Source: Usitatibacter sp.
GTDB lineage: Bacteria > Pseudomonadota > Gammaproteobacteria > Burkholderiales > Usitatibacteraceae
Assembly: GCA_035605915.1 (NCBI GenBank)
Contig: DATNGJ010000026.1
Location: forward strand, 79,669 to 143,668
Reading direction: 5' to 3'
Length of the DNA stretch: 64,000 nt
The translations under genes were made by a program, and so were the position numbers. Positions 44,152 through 52,307 of this stretch are shown here, in pieces; positions within the stretch are counted from its first letter, which is position 1, and the number at the start of each line of letters is the position of its first letter. Below the pieces are notes generated by a model that worked only from the letters and a program-made list of their open reading frames with translations, was not told where the DNA came from and searched no databases.

Positions 44152-45021
44152 ATGTTTGAGGGCTTTCAGGTAAGGGACGTGGAGACCGCCGGAGCGCGGA
44201 TCCGCCTGCGCGTCGGCGGAAGCGGCCCGCCGCTCCTGCTGCTGCACGGCAATCCGCTCACGCACGTGATGTGGCACAAGATCGCGCCCCGCCTCGCCGA
44301 GCGGTACACGGTAGTCGCGACCGACCTGCGGGGCTACGGCGACAGCGCGAAGCCCTTCGGCGGCGACGATCACTCGGCCTACTCGTTCCGCACGATGGCG
44401 CAGGACCAGGTCGAGGTGATGCGCGCGCTCGGCTTCGAGCGCTGGCGCGTGGCGGGCCACGATCGCGGCGGGCGCGTCGCGCACCGCATGGCGCTCGACC
44501 ATGCCGAGCGCGTCGAGAAGGTCGCCTTCCTCGACATCGTGCCCACGCTGCACATGCTCTCCGACATCCCGCTGCGCTGGGCGGTGGATTCCTACCACTG
44601 GTTCTTCATGGCGCAGCCCTACGACTACCCGGAAAAGATGCTGGAGGCCTACGGGCTCGAGCGCTACATCCGCAAGAAGCTCGACAAGAAGGGGGTGGGC
44701 CTGGGCGGCTTCACGGCCGAGGCGCTCGCCGAATACATCCGCTGCTGCACTCCGGAGAACATCCACGCGGTATGCGAGGATTATCGCGCGGCGGTCGGCA
44801 TCGACCTCGAGCACGATCGCGCGGACCTCGGCCGCAGGATCGAGATGCCCATGCTCGTGCTCTGGGGCGAGAAGAGCCACGTGAACCGCAGCTACCGGCC
44901 GATCGAGGCGTGGAAGGAACGCGCGGCCGACGTGCGCGGAAAGATGTTGCCGTGCGGGCACTATCCCGCCGAGCAGGTACCCGAAGAGACGTTGTCGGAG
45001 CTGCTGCAGTTCTTCCGATAG
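44152..45021 (+). CDS. Alpha/beta hydrolase, haloacetate (fluoroacetate) dehalogenase family
   Basis: GPPLLLLHGNPLTHVMWHKIAPRLAERY...DLRGYGDS...GHDRGGRVAHRMALDH...LDIVPT...YHWFFMAQP...CEDYRA...LEHD...PMLVLWG...GHYPAEQ. All remembered catalytic and halide/carboxylate-binding positions of FAcD-type enzymes are present. Confidence 0.75.
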   Translation: MFEGFQVRDVETAGARIRLRVGGSGPPLLLLHGNPLTHVMWHKIAPRLAERYTVVATDLRGYGDSAKPFGGDDHSAYSFRTMAQDQVEVMRALGFERWRVAGHDRGGRVAHRMALDHAERVEKVAFLDIVPTLHMLSDIPLRWAVDSYHWFFMAQPYDYPEKMLEAYGLERYIRKKLDKKGVGLGGFTAEALAEYIRCCTPENIHAVCEDYRAAVGIDLEHDRADLGRRIEMPMLVLWGEKSHVNRSYRPIEAWKERAADVRGKMLPCGHYPAEQVPEETLSELLQFFR

Positions 45022-45031
45022 GAGCGAGGCC

Positions 45032-45228
45032 ATGGAACGCAGGAAAGCGGGCGATTTCGCGCCGCAGGTGCTGCAGCTCTTCGACGGTTTCGTGCACGGC
45101 CGCATCTCGCGCCGCGAGCTCCTCGATCGCGGGTCGCCTGCTACGGCGTGCCGCCCGCGGCCGCGGAAGCCGCGAAGCTCTCGTGGCAGCGCTCGGTCGA
45201 GTTCTTCCGCCGGCGCCTGAACGCCTGA
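45032..45228 (+). pseudogene. Remnant of a dienelactone-hydrolase-family gene (N-terminal about 33 codons joined out of frame to the C-terminal about 25 codons)
   Basis: Frame 2 reads MERRKAGDFAPQVLQLFDGFVHGRISRRELLDR.., a DLH-type Tat-like N-terminus. Frame 1 reads ..YGVPPAAAEAAKLSWQRSVEFFRRRLNA*, a DLH-type C-terminus, and its TGA overlaps the next gene's ATG. About 230 central codons are absent. Confidence 0.6.
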
Positions 45229-46418
45229 TGCCGCACCTGCCCGCCTCCCAGGCGCTCGCCCGCTTCCGCGTGATCGACCTCACGCAGGTGCGCGCCGGCC
45301 CCACCGCCGCGCGCCAGCTCGCCGACTGGGGCGCGGACGTGATCCAGGTGCAGATGCCCGAGCACATGCGTGGCGACGACACGCTGGGCGGGCAGGAAGG
45401 CTCCGACTACCAGTACACGCATCGCAACAAGCGGTCGATCACGCTCAACCTCAAGGAGGCGGCAGGCATCGAGGTGCTGAAGAGGCTCGTCGCCACCGCG
45501 GACGTGCTGCTCGAGAACTTCCGTCCCGACGTGAAGCACCGCCTGGGCATCGATTACGAGTCGCTCGGCGCGATCAACCCGCGGCTCGTGTACGCGAGCA
45601 TCTCCGGCTTCGGTCAGGCCGGCCCGGACGCGAACCGGCCCGGCTTCGACCAGATCGCGCAGGGCATGGGAGGACTCATGTCGGTGACCGGCCTTCCGGG
45701 CCATGGACCGGTACGAGTCGGCATTCCCATCGCCGACCTTTGCAGCGGCATCTTCGCGGCGTACGGCGTCACCGTGGCGCTCCTCGAGCGCGAGCATTCG
45801 GGCAAGGGGCAATGGGTCCACACCTCGCTCCTGGAAGCGCTCCTCTACATGATGGATTTCCAGACCGCGCGCTGGACGATCGAGGGCGAGATTGCCGGGC
45901 AGGCCGGCAACTTCCATCCTACGAGCATCCCGACGGGCGTGTACCGGACGCGCGACGGCCACATCAACATCGCGGTCTTCGGCGGCAAGATCTGGGAGCG
46001 CTTCTGCCACGCGCTCGGCGCTCCGGAATGGATCGCCGACGAGCGTTCGAAGACCAAGGCGAGCCGCTCGGTGCACCGCGACTGGCTCAACGCCGAGATC
46101 GAGAAGAAGCTCGCCCACCTGGCGAGCGCCCATTGGATCGAAAAGCTCAATGCCGCGGGCGTGGCGTGCGGGCACATCAACAACGTGAAGGAAGCCTTCG
46201 AGGAGGCCCAGGTGAAGCATCTCGGCATGCTGAAAAAGGTAACGTCCGCGCACTTCGGCGAGCAGACTTTGATGGGCCAGCCGGTGACGCTCACGCGCAC
46301 GCCGTCGACCCTCGCGCGCGCGGCGCCGAAGCGCGGCGAGCACTCGGAAGAGGTCCTGCGCGAGATCGGCTTCGCCGAGGCGGAGCTCGCGCGCATGAAA
46401 TCGGCGGGAGTGTACTGA
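45228..46418 (+). CDS. Family III (CaiB/BaiF) CoA-transferase
   Basis: ALARFRVIDLTQVRAGPTAARQLADWGADVIQV...NKRSITLNLK...ADVLLENFRP...RLVYASISGFGQAGP...GFDQIAQGMGGLMSVTG are family motifs. Confidence 0.85.
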   Translation: MPHLPASQALARFRVIDLTQVRAGPTAARQLADWGADVIQVQMPEHMRGDDTLGGQEGSDYQYTHRNKRSITLNLKEAAGIEVLKRLVATADVLLENFRPDVKHRLGIDYESLGAINPRLVYASISGFGQAGPDANRPGFDQIAQGMGGLMSVTGLPGHGPVRVGIPIADLCSGIFAAYGVTVALLEREHSGKGQWVHTSLLEALLYMMDFQTARWTIEGEIAGQAGNFHPTSIPTGVYRTRDGHINIAVFGGKIWERFCHALGAPEWIADERSKTKASRSVHRDWLNAEIEKKLAHLASAHWIEKLNAAGVACGHINNVKEAFEEAQVKHLGMLKKVTSAHFGEQTLMGQPVTLTRTPSTLARAAPKRGEHSEEVLREIGFAEAELARMKSAGVY

Positions 46419-47230
46419 TGAGCGACTTGCAGAGCTTCGAGTCTCCGACGCCGCGATTGAAGTCGTGGGCCGAGGGTGGGCTCCTCCACATCCGCTTCAA
46501 CAACCCCACGAAGCACAACGCGCTCTCGCTCGAGATCTGGGAGGCGCTGCCCATCGTCCTCGAACGCGCCGCGCGCGACCCGCGCGTGCGCCTCGCGATC
46601 TTCGCCGGCGAGGGCGAGAAGGCGTTCGCCTCGGGCGACGACGTCTCGCAATTCGAGGACCAGCGCGCGGCGCACGAGGCGGTGCTCCACTACGAGCGGG
46701 TCGCCGAGACGGCGCTGCAGGCGATCCACGACTTCCCCAAGCCGACGCTCGCATCGATCCGCGGCTACTGCATCGGCGGCGGGCTCAACATCGCGATCGC
46801 CTGCGACCTGCGCATCGCCTCGATGGACTCGGTGTTCGCGGTCCCCGCGACGCGCATCGGCCTTGGATACCTCTTCTCGGCGACGCGCAACCTCACCGAT
46901 CTCGTGGGCCCCGGGAACGCGAAGGATATCGTCTACACCGCCCGGCGGCTCGACGCCGCCGAGGCGCTGCGCATGGGCCTCGTGAACCGCGTGACGGAGC
47001 CGGCGCTGCTCCCGGCGCTCCTCAACGAGTACGTGAAGGCGATCGCCTCGGGCGCGCCGCTCACGGTGAAGGCCGCCAAGCGCGTGATCCAGGAGCTCAC
47101 CAAGCCCGACGCGGACCTCGACCTCGAGCTCTGCCATCGCCTCATCCTCGAGTGCTTCGAGAGCGAGGATTACGCCGAGGGACGGCGCGCGTTTATGGAG
47201 AAGCGGAAGCCGCTGTTCAAGGGGAAATAG
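46418..47230 (+). CDS. Enoyl-CoA hydratase/isomerase (crotonase) family protein
   Basis: The ATG overlaps the preceding TGA by 1 nt. NNPTKHNAL...LAIFAGEGEKAFASGDD...GYCIGGGLNIAIACDLRIA...GLVNRV...EGRRAFMEKRKPLFKG are crotonase signatures. Confidence 0.85.
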   Translation: MSDLQSFESPTPRLKSWAEGGLLHIRFNNPTKHNALSLEIWEALPIVLERAARDPRVRLAIFAGEGEKAFASGDDVSQFEDQRAAHEAVLHYERVAETALQAIHDFPKPTLASIRGYCIGGGLNIAIACDLRIASMDSVFAVPATRIGLGYLFSATRNLTDLVGPGNAKDIVYTARRLDAAEALRMGLVNRVTEPALLPALLNEYVKAIASGAPLTVKAAKRVIQELTKPDADLDLELCHRLILECFESEDYAEGRRAFMEKRKPLFKGK

Positions 47231-48146
47231 CGTGCGAGAAAAGCGGCGCGCCGGCCGAAGGCAGGTCCGCCTCGAGGATCGCGCCGGTTTCCGATTCCGT
47301 GAGCACGAGCTTCGAGGTGCCGGGGCGGAAGGCGACGTTGGTCACCGTCGAGCCGCCGGGACTCTTCACGAAGTGCGTCACCTCGCCGCGATTGTTCAGC
47401 ACGAACGCGCCGCCCAGGCTTGCGTGCGCCACCACGAGGCGATTCTCCACGTCGACCGCGAGCCCGTCGGGCCCGCTCGTGCCGAAGAAGGTGCGGAATG
47501 CGCCCACCTTCGAGACGCTGCCGTCGGCAAGCAGCGGCCCGCGCCACACCTGGTTCGCGCGCGTCACCGCGACGAGCAGCGCGCGGCCGTTCGCATTCAA
47601 CGCCACGCCGTTCGGGCTGGGAATGCCGGAGAGCACCATGTCGAGCTGGCCCGTGGTGCGCAGGCGAAAGACGCGTCCCGTCGGATCGTGCAGGCCGGTC
47701 TGGCCCTGGTCCGTGAAGTAGCAGTTGCCCTGGGAATCGAACGTGAGGTCGTTCAACCCGCGGAACGATTCGCTGTTGCGGCGCGGGAGGATGGGCTGCG
47801 GTTTCTTCGCCTTGGGCTCGAGGCGCAGCAGGCCGTTGCGGTAGTCGGCGATCCATAGCGAGCCGTCCCGATGGATCGCGATGCCGTTGGGCCAGCCGTC
47901 GTACTCGCATGCGAGCGTCCATTCGAGCTTCGTCGAGATGCGGAAGATGCGGCGGAACGGGATGTCCGTGACGTAGAGATTGCCCGCGCGATCGAAGGAC
48001 GGCCCCTCGAGGAAGCTCGTGATGGGCTCGCCCGGCTTGTTGGCCTCGCCCCACTCGCTCCTCACCTTGCGCCGGAACTCGTCGGGCAGGCGCGTGAGGA
48101 CGCGCGCCTGGATCACGTGCGGCGGGGAGAACGTGAGGTTCCACAT
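47217..48146 (-). CDS. SMP-30/gluconolactonase/LRE-family protein
   Basis: Start at 48146 (MWNLTFSPPHV...). FLEGPSFDRAGNLYVTDI...PNGIAIHRDGSLWIAD...NDLTFDSQGNCYFTD...PNGVAL...GPDGLAVD are six-blade propeller lactonase motifs. Confidence 0.8.
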   Translation of the reverse strand: MWNLTFSPPHVIQARVLTRLPDEFRRKVRSEWGEANKPGEPITSFLEGPSFDRAGNLYVTDIPFRRIFRISTKLEWTLACEYDGWPNGIAIHRDGSLWIADYRNGLLRLEPKAKKPQPILPRRNSESFRGLNDLTFDSQGNCYFTDQGQTGLHDPTGRVFRLRTTGQLDMVLSGIPSPNGVALNANGRALLVAVTRANQVWRGPLLADGSVSKVGAFRTFFGTSGPDGLAVDVENRLVVAHASLGGAFVLNNRGEVTHFVKSPGGSTVTNVAFRPGTSKLVLTESETGAILEADLPSAGAPLFSHAISP

Positions 48147-48169
48147 GGCCGCTATTAGAACCGAAAACC

Positions 48170-49294
48170 TCAGCGGAGAGGGCCGAGGATCTCGTCGTTG
48201 TGCTCGCCCGGCTTCGGCAGCCCCGAGCGCAGGCCGGGACGCTCGCCGTCGAGCTCGATCGGGAGCGCCGGGATGCGCGTCTTCGTACCGTCCGGCAGCG
48301 TGAGGTCGATCATCCCGCCCGCCGCGAGCTGCCGGTCGTCGAACAGGTCCGAGGGCGTCTGGATGCGCGCGAAGGGAAGGCCGCCCTCCTCGCAGATCGA
48401 CTCGAGCTCGGCGATCGGGTGCTTGCGGAGCAAGCGCGCGACGAGCGGGATCAGCGTCTCGCGCCGCGCGGCGCGCTGGTTGTTGGTGGCGTAGGCGGGA
48501 TCGAGGAGCTCGGGCTCGCCGAGCGCGCGCGTGAAGATCTCCCACTGCCGCTCGGTCACCACGCCGACGAAGACCTGCACGCCGTCGGCGGACTCGAACA
48601 CGTCGTACACGCCCCATGCGCGCTTGCCCGCCGACATCGGCTCGGGCGGCGTCCCGCTCACCGCGTGCTGCATCATGTGGGTGGAGACGAGCCACGCGGC
48701 GTTCTCGAAGAGCCCGCCCTGCACGTATTCGCCCTTGCCCGTCCTCTCGCGCGTGCGCAGCGCCGCGAGCACGGCGATCGCGCCGAACATGCCGCCCATC
48801 ATGTCGTTCACCGGCGCGCCGGCGCGCAGCGGCCGGCCGGGCGGCCCGGTCATGTACGCGAGCCCGCTCATCATCTGCACCACCTCGTCGAGCGCGGTGC
48901 GATTCTCGTACGGGCCGGAGAGGAATCCCTTGAGCGAGCAGTAGACGAGCCGCGGGTTGCGCCGGGCGAGCGCCGCGTAGCCCAGCCCCTTCGCCTCCAG
49001 CGCGCCGGGACGGAAGTTCTCGACGAAGACGTCGGCCGTGTCGCACAGGCGCAGCGCGAGCTCGATGCCGCGCGCGGTCGCGAGATCGAGCGTCACGCTC
49101 TTCTTGTTGCGGCTGAAGGCCGCGAAGAACCCGGCGCCGGTGCTGCGGAGATGGCGCGTGGGATCGCCCTTGCCCTCGGGCTCCACCTTGATCACCTCGG
49201 CGCCGAGGTCGGCGAGCACCAGCCCGCAGGTGGGACCCATCACCATGTGCGAGAGCTCGACGACCCGGATGCCCTCGAGCGGCAGCGTCGTCAT
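48170..49294 (-). CDS. Family III (CaiB/BaiF) CoA-transferase, second copy
   Basis: Start at 49294, overlapping the panC stop (ATGA). LEGIRVVELSHMVMGPTCGLVLADLGAEVIKVE...NKKSVTLDL...ADVFVENFRPG...RLVYCSLKGF. Confidence 0.85.
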   Translation of the reverse strand: MTTLPLEGIRVVELSHMVMGPTCGLVLADLGAEVIKVEPEGKGDPTRHLRSTGAGFFAAFSRNKKSVTLDLATARGIELALRLCDTADVFVENFRPGALEAKGLGYAALARRNPRLVYCSLKGFLSGPYENRTALDEVVQMMSGLAYMTGPPGRPLRAGAPVNDMMGGMFGAIAVLAALRTRERTGKGEYVQGGLFENAAWLVSTHMMQHAVSGTPPEPMSAGKRAWGVYDVFESADGVQVFVGVVTERQWEIFTRALGEPELLDPAYATNNQRAARRETLIPLVARLLRKHPIAELESICEEGGLPFARIQTPSDLFDDRQLAAGGMIDLTLPDGTKTRIPALPIELDGERPGLRSGLPKPGEHNDEILGPLR

Positions 49295-50130
49295 CGGGCC
49301 CGAACGCGGATCTCGAGGTTGTCGATGAGGCGCGTCTGGCCGAGCCAGGCGGCCGCGAGCACCACGAGCTCGCGATCGGCGGGGCCGACCGGCGCGAGGT
49401 TCGCCTGCGAGCGCAGCGCCACGTAATCGACGCGCCAGCCGTGCGACGCGAGCTCGTCGCGCGCCGCCGCGACGAGCGTCTCGTGGGCGGATTCGCCGCC
49501 CTCGATCGCGGACTTGAGGTGGGCGAGCACGCGGCTCAGGCGCACCGCCTCGGCACGCTCCTCGCGCGAGAGATAGCCGTTGCGCGACGACATCGCGAGC
49601 CCGTCCACCTCGCGCACCGTGTCCACGCCGACGATCTCGATGCCGAAGTTGAGCTGGCGCACGAGGGCGCGGATCACGTGCAGCTGCTGGTAGTCCTTCT
49701 TGCCGAAGACCGCCGTGTCGGGGCGCACGATGTTGAAGAGCTTGGTCACGACGGTCACCACGCCCTGGAAGTGGCCGGGACGGAAATCGCCGCACAGCTG
49801 CTCGGCGAGCTTCGGCGGCGTCACCGCGACCTCCTGCGGCTGCGGGTACATCTCGCGCTCGTCGGGCGCGAACGCGACGTCGCAGCCGGCGCGCTCGAGC
49901 TTCGCGCAGTCGGCGTCGAGCGTGCGCGGATAGCGGTCGAAGTCGGCGCCGGGCTCGAACTGCAGCCGGTTCACGAAGATCGAGGCGACCACGCAGTAGG
50001 CGTGCTTGCGCGCCTCCTCCACGAGCGCCAGGTGGCCGGCGTGGAGGTTACCCATGGTCGGCACGAACGCGACCCTCGGCTCGTTCGCGAGCCGCGCGCG
50101 CAATCGCTCGACCGTGTGGATCAGCTCCAT
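49291..50130 (-). CDS. panC: Pantoate--beta-alanine ligase
   Basis: VAFVPTMGNLHAGHLALV...ASIFVNRLQF...FGKKDYQQL...MSSRN are classic PanC motifs. Confidence 0.95.
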   Translation of the reverse strand: MELIHTVERLRARLANEPRVAFVPTMGNLHAGHLALVEEARKHAYCVVASIFVNRLQFEPGADFDRYPRTLDADCAKLERAGCDVAFAPDEREMYPQPQEVAVTPPKLAEQLCGDFRPGHFQGVVTVVTKLFNIVRPDTAVFGKKDYQQLHVIRALVRQLNFGIEIVGVDTVREVDGLAMSSRNGYLSREERAEAVRLSRVLAHLKSAIEGGESAHETLVAAARDELASHGWRVDYVALRSQANLAPVGPADRELVVLAAAWLGQTRLIDNLEIRVRAR

Positions 50131-50143
50131 CGAAAATCGGGTA

Positions 50144-50956
50144 CTAGAAGCAATGCTCGGGCGCGGGGAAGGTCTTGTCCTTCACCGCGCGCACGTAGGC
50201 CACGATCGCATCCCGGATGGACGGCGCCCCCGCCATGAAGTTGCGCACGAACCGCGCCTTGCGGCCGGGGTAGATGTCGAGCATGTCGTAATGCACCAGC
50301 ACCTGCCCCGAGACGTCCGGCCCGGCGCCGATGCCGATGGTGGGAACCGTGAGCGAATCGGTGACGCGCTTCGCGAGCGCCGCGGGCATCGCCTCCATGA
50401 GGACCATCGCCGCGCCCGCCTCCTCGAGCGCCTTCGCATCGGCGACCAGCCGCTCCGCCCCATCCTCGGTGCGGCCCTGCACCCGGTAGCCGCCGAGCGC
50501 GTGCACCGATTGCGGCGTGAGGCCGATGTGCGCGCACACCGGGATGCCGCGCTCGACGAGGAAGCGCGTGGTCTCGACCATCGGCGCGCCGCCTTCGAGC
50601 TTCACCATCTGCGCCCCGGCCGCCATCATGCGCGCGCAGCTGCGGAAAGCGTCGCGCGGGGATTCCTGGAAGGTCGCGAACGGCATGTCCGCGACCACGA
50701 GCGCCGTGCGGCTTCCCGCGGCGACGCAGCGCACGTGGTACTCCGCCTCCTCGAGCGTCACGGCGAGGGTCGACTCGCGCCCCTGGATCACCATCCCGAG
50801 CGAGTCGCCGATGAGGAGGATGTCCACGCCCGCTTCCTCCATCAGCGCGGCGAAGCTCGCGTCGTAGCAGGTGAGCATGGCGAGCTTCTCGCCGTCGCGC
50901 GCCCGCGCCTGCAGCTGCGGCACGGTGACCCTCTTCGCGGCGTTCTGGGCACTCAT
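50144..50956 (-). CDS. panB: 3-methyl-2-oxobutanoate hydroxymethyltransferase
   Basis: Start at 50956 ([16 protein letters not shown]...). LTCYDASFA...[17 protein letters not shown]...VKLEGG...[13 protein letters not shown]...IGIGAG are PanB motifs. Confidence 0.95.
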   Translation of the reverse strand: MSAQNAAKRVTVPQLQARARDGEKLAMLTCYDASFAALMEEAGVDILLIGDSLGMVIQGRESTLAVTLEEAEYHVRCVAAGSRTALVVADMPFATFQESPRDAFRSCARMMAAGAQMVKLEGGAPMVETTRFLVERGIPVCAHIGLTPQSVHALGGYRVQGRTEDGAERLVADAKALEEAGAAMVLMEAMPAALAKRVTDSLTVPTIGIGAGPDVSGQVLVHYDMLDIYPGRKARFVRNFMAGAPSIRDAIVAYVRAVKDKTFPAPEHCF

Positions 50957-51101
50957 GGTGTTCGCTTCCTGTTGGCTGCGGCCGTCCGGCCGGAGGGCAA
51001 TTCTGCCCACCCCGGGGCCGATTGGCAATATTGTGCACTGCGTCAGGGCACGCCGCCTCGCGCTCTGGCGGCCCGGTGGCGCGGCGCAGCAAAGGACGTC
51101 T

Positions 51102-51731
51102 TCAGGCGCGGTTGAAGAACTCCCTCCCGCCGCGCATCTTCTCCACCCGCTCGAGCAGCAGCTCGAGGTGCTCGGGGACGTCCACGAAGTTCAACCGCTC
51201 GCTGTTCACGATGAGGAGCGGGCCCTCCCCGTAGTGGTGGAAGTAGGACGTATACGCCTCGGAAAGGCGCCGCAGGTAGGCCTCGTCGATGCCGGCCTCG
51301 GAAGGCACCCCGCGGCGCTTCACGCGCGAGACGAGCGTGTCCACCGAGGCCTGCAGGTAGATCACCAGGTCGGGCACCGGCACCTGCGGCTTCACGTGCG
51401 CGTGGATCTTGTCGTAGAGCTGGTACTCGGCATCGTCGAGCGTGATGCGCGCGAACAGCGGGTCCTTCGCCAGCGTGAAATCGGAAACCGTGGGCTTGCC
51501 GAAGAGGTCCGGCTGCTTGATCGACTCGAGCTGCTGCACGCGCTGGAAGAGGAAGAAGAGCTGCGTGGGCAGCGCGTAGCGGCGCATGTCGCGGTAGAAC
51601 TGCGGCAGGAACGGGTTCGACTTGGGGTCCTCGAGGAGCGTCGCGGCGTTGATGCGCTCGGCGAGGCGCAGCGCGAGGCTGGTCTTCCCCGCGCCGATCG
51701 GCCCTTCCACCACGATGTAGCGGTGCTTCAT
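51102..51731 (-). CDS. Deoxynucleoside kinase-family protein
   Basis: P-loop [13 protein letters not shown], plus ...FLPQFY...[11 protein letters not shown]......[21 protein letters not shown]. The start abuts the folK stop. Confidence 0.8.
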   Translation of the reverse strand: MKHRYIVVEGPIGAGKTSLALRLAERINAATLLEDPKSNPFLPQFYRDMRRYALPTQLFFLFQRVQQLESIKQPDLFGKPTVSDFTLAKDPLFARITLDDAEYQLYDKIHAHVKPQVPVPDLVIYLQASVDTLVSRVKRRGVPSEAGIDEAYLRRLSEAYTSYFHHYGEGPLLIVNSERLNFVDVPEHLELLLERVEKMRGGREFFNRA

Positions 51732-52307
51732 CTATTTCAGGTCGTTCCCGTTCACGTCATTCCCGCGGAGGCGGGAATCGATCCCCCGACCGGGGCTTTC
51801 ACGGGGAGGCTTCACGGGAGCGACGATCCTTTCGACGCCCTCCTGCCCCACGGCAGCGAGCAATTCGTTCGCCTTTCCCTTTCCCGGGATCTCCGCCTCG
51901 GGCCACACGTCCACCAGCGGCGCGAGGACGAAGGCACGCTCGTGCGCGCGCGGATGCGGCACCGAGACGCCCGGCTCCGCGATCGTGGCCCCGCCGTAGA
52001 GCACGATGTCCAGGTCGAGCGTGCGCGGCCCGTTCGGGATGCCGCGCGCGCGTCCGTGCCGCTTCTCGATCGCGAGCAGGTGGTCGAGCAGCGCGCGCGG
52101 CGAAAGGCGCGTTTCCAGTTTCGCGCAGGCGTTCACGAATGGCGGCTGGTCGGCGTATCCCACCGGCGCGGTGCGATAGAGCGCGGAGCGGCCCGTCAGC
52201 CAGGTTTCCGGTAGCCGCGCGAGGTCCGCGAACGCGCGGCGGACGTGGTCCTCTGGATCGTCCAGGTTGGAGCCGAGCGCGACCACGGCGGTGACGGGCG
52301 GGCTCAC
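51732..52307 (-). CDS. folK: 2-amino-4-hydroxy-6-hydroxymethyldihydropteridine diphosphokinase
   Basis: GTG start at 52307 overlaps the pcnB stop (GTGA). VALGSNLDDP...SALYRTAPVGYADQPPFVNA...RTLDLDIVLYG......VPHPRAHERAFVLAPL. The final roughly 30 aa read through a REP element. Confidence 0.9.
   Translation of the reverse strand: MSPPVTAVVALGSNLDDPEDHVRRAFADLARLPETWLTGRSALYRTAPVGYADQPPFVNACAKLETRLSPRALLDHLLAIEKRHGRARGIPNGPRTLDLDIVLYGGATIAEPGVSVPHPRAHERAFVLAPLVDVWPEAEIPGKGKANELLAAVGQEGVERIVAPVKPPRESPGRGIDSRLRGNDVNGNDLK
51756..51779. repeat. REP-like hairpin GTCATTCCCGC-GGAG-GCGGGAATC
   Basis: Seen directly. It is preceded by a degenerate partial copy (GTCGTTCCCGTTCAC, 51741-51755) and lies inside the 3' tail of folK. 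Confidence 0.8.

Noticed and set aside
45032-45220. The 62-aa ORF taken as a genuine small protein gene.
   Set aside because: After residue 33 the translation becomes Arg/Pro/Ser-rich nonsense. Meanwhile a different frame carries the matching DLH C-terminus, so it is better explained as a deletion remnant.
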